64,000 nucleotides of DNA from Chlorokybus atmophyticus (Eukaryota > Plantae > Mesostigma and Chlorokybus algae), in assembly GCA_009103225.1 (NCBI GenBank), contig RHPI01003587.1, positions 1 through 64,000 on the forward strand. The letters run 5' to 3'. This document shows positions 54,401-64,000 of this stretch, piece after piece. Under the pieces are notes generated by a model. It saw nothing but the letters and a program-made list of their open reading frames with translations. It did not search any database and was not told where the DNA came from. The translations under genes and the position numbers were made by a program. Numbering within the stretch: the stretch's first letter is position 1; every line of letters starts with the position of its first letter.

Positions 54401-57400
54401 GAGGGTCTCATAACCTACTTGCCTTGCAACGACAACACGTACACGTCGCCCGTGGTGTACGACAGCACTCCCGCACGCAACGATGGCTTTCTGGGCCTGC
54501 TAAACCGCGACGGGTACTCGGATGGCGTGTCCACGCGCTTCCCGGCGTACGTGGCTTCCACAGCGGTGTTTGGCAACATTGTGGAGACGGTTGAAGACAC
54601 CCCTGTTGTGATCACGCTACACGGCGGTCGGCCTAACGGCGGGGTCACGTTCGACATCGCCACGCTCCCGCTGTCGGGTAAGCTGTATCAGAGCGACGGC
54701 ATGAGCAAGGGGAGGTTGATATCAAGCTCGCCGTGGCCAATCAAGACCCGTTATGTTGTGTACGAACCCGACGTGGGCCTCAGTGGCGCCCCGCTCGACA
54801 TCTTCAAGTACCAGGCTTACGACGGGGAGGAGTTCTCGTATCGACAAGGCGTCGTTATCAACGTCATCTCGAGGAACAGCCCACCCACCCTCACCACGCC
54901 CGTGTTCAACGTATACATTACTCTCAACACGCCCAAGCGCATCAACCTGTTTGCCACCGACACCGACTCCCCCACACCAACATTCATGGTCACGCGCTTG
55001 CCTGCGCGCGGGTGGTTGAGGCAGGCCAACTGGACGGGTGCGGCGTACGTGCCAACATCAGATCTCATCACCTCGGTCAACACGCCTGTGACCAACGCTA
55101 ACGGGAAGCTATTCTACATCACATCTGGCGACACGGCTGATCTTGGCAATGAGGCGTATGACACCTTTGGCTACGTTGCCGTGGACACCGCGGGCGCGCA
55201 GTCCAACGAGGGTATTGTCAACGTGTTGTTTTCCAATGATGACGCCCCGCCCGCACTCGTGGCGGGAGAAGCGGGATACGCACTGCGCTTCAACGGCGAG
55301 CGCGACGAGCTCAACTTAGGTGAACTACCGTCGAACACAACATCTGTCACGTACGAGATATGGTTCCGCACATCTGCACTCCCGTCTGAGACACGCATGG
55401 TGCTGATGAGCGCCGGCCCACACGTTCTGCAGTGGACCAAAGCACAGGGCCTTGTGTTCTCTGTGGGAAACATTGCCACCATTGCTAGCTTTGACACCTT
55501 CAACGACGGGGCGTGGCACCACGTGTCTGCATCTGCCACCCGCGACAACATCTCCCTCGTCGTTGACGGGCAGAGCATTGGCTTCTCTCGCATCTCGAGC
55601 GAGGTGTCCAACATAGGTCCTGTTGTCTTGCGCGTGGGTGCGGATGAAGATAGGGTCGAGGGCACGTTCTTCAGCGGGGTCGTGGACGAGGTAAGGGTGT
55701 GGTCGATGCCACGCAACGCCAGCGAGGTGGCTTCGGACATGCGCACGCCGCTGCGCAACACCACGTGGGGACTCGTGCATTATTTCAGGTTGAACGAGGC
55801 GCAGGGTTCCACCGCGTGGGACTGCGCTCGCTCGCTCCCCGTGAGTGAGGCCCTCGGCTTCAACGGCATGGCTTCCACGCAACCCGAGTGGATCCCGTCC
55901 ACCGCACCCATCAATAATGTTGTCCACGCTGTCGAGGAGGAAGATGTTGTTATTCAACTTGCCGGCTACATGTCCGAGACGGAATCGTATCCTTCTGTTG
56001 TTGTCATGGTGCTTCCAGTCAATGGCACGCTGTACGCCGCGCACACGGACACGCACGGCGTGCGCACGCGCGGGGATGAGATCCTCTTTGCACCGTTCGC
56101 TCTCAGCGGCATGCATGTGGTGTACAACTCTGGACACGGCTACGGCAGCGACTACGACACGTTCACGTATGTCACAAGCGACGCGGAAGGCATCCCATTC
56201 TGGAAGCGACACTTCTACAGCGCAGATGACGGCGAGGGCGAGATTGAGGGCGATGAGGCGCTCTCATACGCACAAGTGGTCACCATCAATGTGCAGTTTC
56301 ATGAAGCCATCATCCAGGTGGACCCCTTTGAGGGTGTTGACGATGATGACCAACATACTGCCCACATCACGCCCGAGAGGCCTATCGCCAGCAGCGCGTC
56401 CTATGCTCTGCTCTTTGACGGCGTTGATGACGTGGCTGTGTTTGGCCCCTATGCTGCTTGCAACTTGACAGAGTCAGCCACCTTTGCTCTCTGGATGAAG
56501 ACAAATGTGTCATGCGCGGATGCGGTCACGGTGGTGTTGTCGGCGGGACCGTACGCCCTTGTGTGTTCAAAGATATACGGCCTCGCATTTGTCGCGAACA
56601 ACAAGACGGCCGCCAGCTACACTTTCATCAACGACGACAAGTGGCACTTTGTTATTGGCGCTTTTGATGGCATGAGTGCCAACATTGCCGTCGATGGTGT
56701 GGCGTATGAGGAGATGGCGGGTATTACGTTGGTTTCCAGCCATGCGGACCTCATCACGGTCGGGCAAGGTGTACACGCCGGAGACGCGTTCAATGGCATC
56801 ATTGACGAGTTCAGCATATGGAACAGCGTGGACGCGCCATCAGTGGTCACAAATGTGTCACTCAACAACAAGCGCACGCTCATGGGCAATGAGATTGGGT
56901 TGCAAGGCTACTGGCGATTCAACAGCGTGTTGGGTTCGCTGCTCGAAAGCGAGGCCCCGTTGCCAGCGGGCACTCTGCCTGAGGACATGCACAAGGGTGT
57001 AGGTGGTGATGTGGACACGCAGCCCGACAGCATCGCCTCCACGCTGCATGTATCAACCCTTGTATTGCTGATGGAGAACACGGAGGCCAAGCTTCGCCTC
57101 GTGGCGGGTAGCGTGTACGAGGACGTGCCGGATATCAAGGTCATTGCGCTGCCAAGAAACGGGAGACTGCTGATATCGCCTTCGGGCCGCACTCTGCCCC
57201 GCAACATGCGCGTGCCTGCGTTGACAAACATCACGTATGTGCCCGACAGGGACTTCAGCGGCAACGACAGCTTCATCTATGTCGTTGATGATGGGAGGGA
57301 CGTGTCTGCACCCGAGAAGGTCCACATAACAGTTGTGAATGTCAACGAGCCCCCTATCGTTAGCGATATCAAGCTCAAGGCTGATTTCTACAACCCCAAG

Positions 57401-60400
57401 GCAGTGATGGTGTGGCTGAAGGGCTCTGATGCGGACCCGGAGGATGATATCGAGCTGTTTATCACCACTCTGCCCGTCAAGGGCCAGCTCTTCCTGCGTA
57501 AGGATTCGCACACGGGAAGGCCAGCTGGCAAGGTGACGGCCATCAACACCCTCATCCCGAACAGCCACGTGTACTACGTGCCGCTGCTCAACACCATCGA
57601 CCCCGTCGACGCCTTTGGCTACCTCGCTCAGGACAGGAGCGGATATCGCAGCATGGAGGGACTTGTTACAATCGACGGCTCGGACTCGATATCTCACCCT
57701 GGCTCGAGCAGAGATACTCCACTCGCGGGAGAGGCGGGTTTGGCGCTCTCATTCGATGGCGTGGACGATGTGGCTCGACTCAGGTCCCTGGCTGACTACG
57801 GTATCCTTGACGGCACAATATCGCTCAGCCTGTGGTTCAAGACCTCGCTGACTGCTGGAGACACCGGCATGGTGCTGATATCGGCGGGAGGGGGCACGTA
57901 CACGCTGTCTTGGACCAAGATTGGTGCACTCCAGTTTACTTTCGGGACAAGCTCAGCAGTGCGCTCCTTCCTCCTGTTGAATGATGGCAGCTGGCATTGG
58001 GTCTCTTGCACTTGGAATGGCACTGTGGCTGAGCTGGGTGTTGATAGTGAAGCCTTTTACAGCGTGCTTGCGGATATCAACACCGAGGCTGCTCCCGCAG
58101 TCAACACCACCTCCCCTATCACCCTTGGCGCTGATATCAACCCCGACAGTGATGGTGGCTTCTTCAGCGGCTATGTGGATGAGTTGACAATAGGTTCTGC
58201 TTATGAGCCCGCTGTTGCACGATATCGCTTCAACGAAGCAGCTGGTGGAGACCTCATCAACGAAGTCAATGGCATGCATGATGGATATCTTGGCGCCGAC
58301 AATGGCAAGGCTGAGGAGATGCCTACTCGCGTGACATCCACTGCACCAATATCGGGCACGCCTTTGTTCATGGGTGATGCACCGATGATTGTGTCCATGC
58401 AGCAGGACTCAGTTGCTACAATCCTTCTGCCAGCTGTTGCATCAGAGTCGTTGAAGTTTTTGCTTTTAACCCTGCCGGAGCTCGGTTACATCAGCAACAG
58501 CCGCGGCGAAATCATTACCAGGGTGCCTCACGTGCTTCGCTCATCTGTCATCACATACACACCCGAGAGACACGGCTTCAGCACCGGGGATCAGCCTTAC
58601 GCATCCTTGATGTACGCGACAAAGTCACACGGGCAAAGGATATTCACATCCTCCCCTGTCAGCGTCGAAATCCGTGTATCAGCACCCTTTGGCAACACCG
58701 GCATCCTCGACATCACGGATGAGTTGGTCGTCACGAACAGCACAGGGAACATGCTCGAGTTTATTGGCGACAGCAAAGCCGCGGCCATCATCAATCTCAG
58801 AGGCATGCTTAGCGACCTGACTTCATTCACCGTTGAGTTGTGGTTCAGAGTCCCCAGCGCATCCACCGAAGCCCTCCTTGGGTTGGGTCCAGTCTCTCTC
58901 CATTGGACTAATGCCGGCGGCCTTGGGTTGCACTTGAACGGCACGACAACGATAGAGAGCGGGGAGGTGTACAATGACGGGCATTGGCACTACGCTTCGG
59001 TGTCTGTGAAGAAGCTTGAGAGCAACGTCAACGTGCCGGTGGAGCAGCCTGGTGACTTGCGCCTAGAACTCTTTATCGATGGACAGTATGTTGGGTCTGC
59101 AATCGGGCCGTATGTGGACTTGGATACCGTTGACTTGCTTATTGGTGCCAGTCTTGAGGACAGCTGGCAGGAGTACGGGCTTCCTCTATCTGGCAGCGTG
59201 GATGATATCCGCGTGTACGGGTACACACGTAACCCCGCTGACATGGAAGACAGGTTCACTACACCCGTACTTGAAGACGTCGTCGCATACTACCCACTTG
59301 ACAACAACTTCACCGACGTCACTGGCAACACCCGTGCCCGCATTGTGGGAGCCGTGGAGTTGCTTGCGAGCACCTCGCCAGCTGGCAGCCAAAGCGACCT
59401 CAGCCAGGATGAAGTTGTTGTTGTAGTATGGGATGAGAGCATGCCGGGTCCACCTATGGATGAGGACTCCAGCGTAGATGATGTAGAGGGTGCCAACCGG
59501 CCGCCCAACGCGCTGCCCGCGGGGTCTGCGCTGGTGTTTGACGGCGTGGACGACAGCGTAGATGTGCCAATACAAGCGGAGGGCTTGAGCGCGTTCACCA
59601 TTGAAGTGTGGCTGAAGACTTCAAGCCCCGCGAGCGAGTTCACCCCAATCGTGTGGGTCGCATCGGACGCCCCCTTCCCCCACATGCACCTCTACATGTC
59701 CCGCCTCGGCCTCGCCTTTGAGGTGTCCAACTCACTCGCTGCTGCCGTGAGCATAGGCCGCATCAACGACGGCATGTGGCACCACGTCGCGGCCTCATTC
59801 GACGGCGAGGCCACTTACGTGTACGTGGACGGCGCGATGACCGCCAACGCCACCCTCGACACGCCTTTGACGACATACCCGATGCCCAAACTGCGCCTCG
59901 GAGCCGTTTACTTCTCACCCGCAGAGTATTATAAGGGCTCTATGGACAACTTGAGGGTGTGGGATTATGCGCGCACGCAAGAGGAGATTGCATCTGACAT
60001 GAATGCGGCTCTGATGGGCGACGAGGAGGGCCTGCTGTTGTACCTTCCCTTTGATGATGTTTCTTTCGGTGGCTCAGCGGTTGTTGTGGACATCTCATCC
60101 CGCCACGCTGACGGTCTCACCACGGGCAAGCCTCGCTATCAGGTGTCCACCGCCCCCATCGACGTGTACAAGGTTGTCACGCAGGAAGAAACGTACGCCA
60201 ACATCACCCTCTTTGCTTCCGACGCAGACGAGTCCGACACGCTCATGTATGAGATCACATCTCTCCCCGCTGGCCAACTTTATGAGTCCGACACAGGCAA
60301 CCAGATTGTTGTCACGCCGATGCGGCTCGCCTCACCGCACGTGTACTTCATCGGGGAGCCATTGGAGTCCGGTGCGCCATACACGTCGTTCACATACGTC

Positions 60401-63400
60401 GCATATGATGACCAAGAGTGGTCTCAGCAAGCCACAGTGTCTATTAACGTCACCCCGGCGATTCATTTGGTCAAGCCTCTGCCCGTAAAGCTGGTGCAGG
60501 CTAGCAGTGATGCGCCCGTGATGATATCGCTGCAGGCATTTGATATCGATCTCACCAATGTGGACTTCAATGACTCGGTCAGCTTCATCATCACGACGGC
60601 ACCGAAGATGGGTCACATGTGGCAGACATATGACGGAGTTAGCTGCGAAGCACAGGATGTGTTGGCTGCGGGCATGAGCATTGTCTTTGTTGTTATCGAT
60701 GGTGTTGATACCGCAAGCGCAGCCGTCTGCTATGCCCCAATATCGAGCTTCAAGCCAGCATCCAGCAGCTACGTGGACACGTTCGGCTTCACCGCTGTCA
60801 ACCATGTGGGCACACCCGGCGCAGAGCAGCTCATCTCAGTCAACGTGACAAGCGCAGGTCCTGCGGGCCCTCAATCCCTTGGGTCCAATGCGTTGGCCGG
60901 AGATGCTGCCGTGTTCGACGGTGTGAATGATGTCATCAGCGTGATGGATGTCGGCGACCTCACGCATGCTGTATCTATCCAAGCTTGGGTCAGGAGCTCC
61001 GCTGCGGCATCAGCCGAGTCAACCATCGTTATCAAACCCGGCAGCTTTGCGCTGCGGCTCAGCAGCATGTCCGGTGTTGTGTTTGAAGTCCACTTTGCTG
61101 ATGAGAACGGCACATTGACAACGCTGTCATGTGCGTGTGGGTTGGAGTGCAACGTGGATGCCAACGATGGCAGCTGGCGCCAACTTACTGGCGTGTGGGA
61201 CCCAAGTGTTGCCACGGCGTCTCTCTACATCGATGGCAGCCTGATTAGCAGCAATGTGTGGGATGGATTTGAGAGCGCGGTTCAGGCGGTTGAAGGCTAT
61301 GAGGTCCTGCTGGTGGGTGGCGATGCCTCACTCATGTTGGGTGGCGATGGAGCTGCCGACCAGTATTTCAATGGTGCACTTGATGAGATTCGCATCTGGG
61401 ATGCGGCCCTGCCAGTTGATCAGATCAGCTCCCAGGTATGACAACCTCTGGTGGCAGTGCACAACGTGCACTTTTTCACATCAAGTCAAATGACACTGTA
61501 GTATTGCACTCATGCATGGTTGCTAGGCTGTTACGAAAACATACCATGCGCATGCACGTGCGTGCGCACACGTGTGTATCTGAGTGCCTGCATGCATACA
61601 TGTGGCTTGTGTGTGTATGCGCGTGCATGTGTGTGTGTTATCGCAAACAGCGTTTCTCTTTCCAACAGATGACTGTGATACTAAGCGGATCAGAAGACCA
61701 CCTTCTTGGCTACTGGAACTTCAACACGCTGGACGAGATCAACGCTGGCGGGGCAGTGTGGCCTTCTGATGAGGCATCCCCAACCCTCGCCGCGTCCTCA
61801 GCACCCGTGTATCACGCCAGCATCGACATCACTGAGACCGTCACCGCCACAATCAAGCTCTATGCTTTCAGCCCTGTCAGCGGCGCCAAATTCATCTTCT
61901 TTATCACCAGCGTCCCCAATATTGGCAGCGTGAAGGATGCAGCTACTGATGCGGAGATATCGGACCTGCCTTACTTGCTCAGCGGCAACAAGCTGACTTA
62001 CATCCCTGACTACATGAAGTATGGCGGCGCCTCGTTCGAGTATATCGCTTGGGATGGGAGCAGCTTCTCACAGCCGGCAACGATTGTGGTCAACGTGGAC
62101 TCGCAGAACCATCGACCTATGGTGCACCCGCAGCAGCTTGATATCACCGCTGCTTCGTCTGCGTTCGTCACTCTCACCGCTGATGACGATGATGCCGAAG
62201 ATGATATCACCTTCATGATCACTACTCTGCCAGCCACTGGCAAGCTGATGTTGCTCACCGGTGATGAAGTGACTGTTCCCGGCACGACATTGGCATCATT
62301 CAACAGGACGGCAGTCTTGTTGTTCACGCCGGATCCAACATTCGCTGTGGATGCGGATGCAAAGGTGGTCTTTGGATACAGCGTGACTGATGGCACTGTG
62401 CTCAGCGAGGAGGCTGTAATCACACTCACCATGCATCGAACGGTTGATGCATCGATGAAGCCGGTGGCCAATCCGGCCGGTTACGCTCTTCTCATGGACG
62501 GCAACGACGACTATGTGCTCATCAACATGGAGACAAACACTGTTGACGAATTCACTGCTGAGGTGTGGTTGAAGACGACGAGCGCGATGACCCACGGCGC
62601 CACGCTGTTTAACGCGGGATACATCTCTCTCTCGTGGACAGATGTGGGTGGCCTCGGCGTGGACGTCACGACCACTGAAGGCGCTGTTGTCACTGTTGGG
62701 AGCGGGAAGCAACTCAACGATGGCGACTGGCATCACGTGGCCGTCACATGGGTCCCGTTGGACCAGTCTGCTAGCGGCGAGAACGTCGTGATGTACATCG
62801 ATGGGGAGGTCACCGCTTCTCAAAGCGTGTCGGGTTACAACGGAAACATGGCACCCGTGGCCTTCATCGGTGCGGGCTTCGCGGATATCAACGCATTGAC
62901 TCCCAAATCCGACAGCTTCTACAGAGGACTGGTTGAGGAGGTGCGCGTGTACTCCCGCGCTCTGAGCCAGGGAGAGATTGAAGCCAACATGCTCGTCATG
63001 TCCCACGCCAACGCTGAGGGCCTACTGGCTTATCTCAACTTCAATGACGCTGCCAACATCATCACACTTCACCAAACCCGTGACTCAGCTGTTGTTGAAG
63101 AGAGGAGTGCAGTTGTGGTTGGCAAGCCCGCGCTGGTGATATCTGCCGTGCCAATGAGTCGTGTGGAGACAGCACAACAAGACCAGTCGCTCGTTATCAC
63201 CCTCAGCAGCGTGGATGTCGGCAGCTCCGTAGCGTATGTCACCGTGCCTCCGGCCAGCGGGACGCTGTATCAGATGTCCGGCGAGCCTATCAACAACGCA
63301 CTCGCCATCGTTACCGACCCCCTCATGCGCGTGGTGTTTGTGCCCGCACGTGAAAAGGGTGATGTGGACATCAATCTACCATACGCGTACACGAGCATGC

Positions 63401-64000
63401 GCTACTTCATCGCCAATACTGATATCAAGCTGCAGTCGGATGAAATTGAGCTTTACATAACGGTGTTGCCAGTGAATCACGCTCCCGAGTTGGCTCAGTA
63501 CCAAGTCATGGACATCATGGCGTTGACAGACACCGCCATCACGCTACCCGCTGTCGATGTGGATGGCAACTTGCTAACGTTCCAAATAACCACTCTCCCT
63601 ACTCAGGGCGTGTTGTACGCTACCGTCGACGGGGTCACACGCGGCGACATCATCACCTCCGCCAACACGCAGCTTCCGGGCCACTCCGGCACAGTCATCC
63701 TCAGCATGTTGGGTGCACAACACGCCAATGGCACCGCCCTCATGGCACCCTACCTGGGCTACAGAGTGTTTGACAGCTTGACGTGGCAGGAGAATGTGCC
63801 CGAGGCCATTGTTGTGTTCAATGTCAGCGAGTCCACAAAGATACCCCTCATTGCCGGTGATGCGGGCCACGCGCTTGAGTTTGATGGCACGGGTGAGGAT
63901 GTTGTTGTTGTGGAGATGTTGTCATCACTTGAGTTAAGTAGCAACAACCATGTCACGGTGGAGGCGTGGATCAAGACACCAGGCGGGGTCGGTCAAGCCG
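51403..64000 (+). CDS. Giant secreted LamG / cadherin-like (Ig) repeat protein, partial (>3,700 aa, runs off window)
   Basis: Exons 51403-51463 (signal MAAMTAMVVLLVLPFMAAAA), 52532-52817, 52930-61435 and 61669->64000 join in frame. At least nine (Y/H)ALxFDGxDD...WHHVA...FxGxxDExRxW LamG units are separated by LPxxGxL...DxFxY Ig-like repeats. Confidence 0.9.

Noticed and set aside
53081-63974. Many antisense and alternate-frame ORFs over the giant gene
   Set aside because: Expected shadows of a long GC-rich CDS; no motifs.

Overview
64-kb window from an intron-rich eukaryote, probably a green alga or early-diverging streptophyte. This is inferred from a plant SES1-like gene, a stand-alone ThiM, (Ser-Pro)n stalks and a PDF1-like domain. 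Most ORFs in the six-frame track are exon fragments or noise, so I built gene models by hand from splice sites and frame continuity. Left to right: a decayed Ty1/copia element (pol plus 3' LTR) inserted in an intron of a decayed CACTA transposase; a secreted 917-aa multidomain lectin; a head-to-head SES1-like / L-2-hydroxyglutarate dehydrogenase pair with start codons 69 bp apart; ORC4 with a canonical E2F site; a hAT transposon with an apparently intact spliced transposase but a damaged terminal repeat; a membrane-tethered beta-propeller phytase; ORC5; thiM; a BIRC6-type E2 with zinc-finger, RING and SAP-like domains; a secreted NIDO-PKD-PDF1-like protein and a pseudogenised partial duplicate of it; a dual-specificity phosphatase; and the 5' part of a giant (>3,700 aa) secreted protein with at least nine LamG domains alternating with cadherin/Ig-like repeats, which runs off the window. 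The most unusual features are the four cell-surface proteins built from bacterial-style modules, an excess of GC-AG introns, and the ORC4-hAT-ORC5 arrangement. Domain names come from motif recognition by eye; no database search was run.
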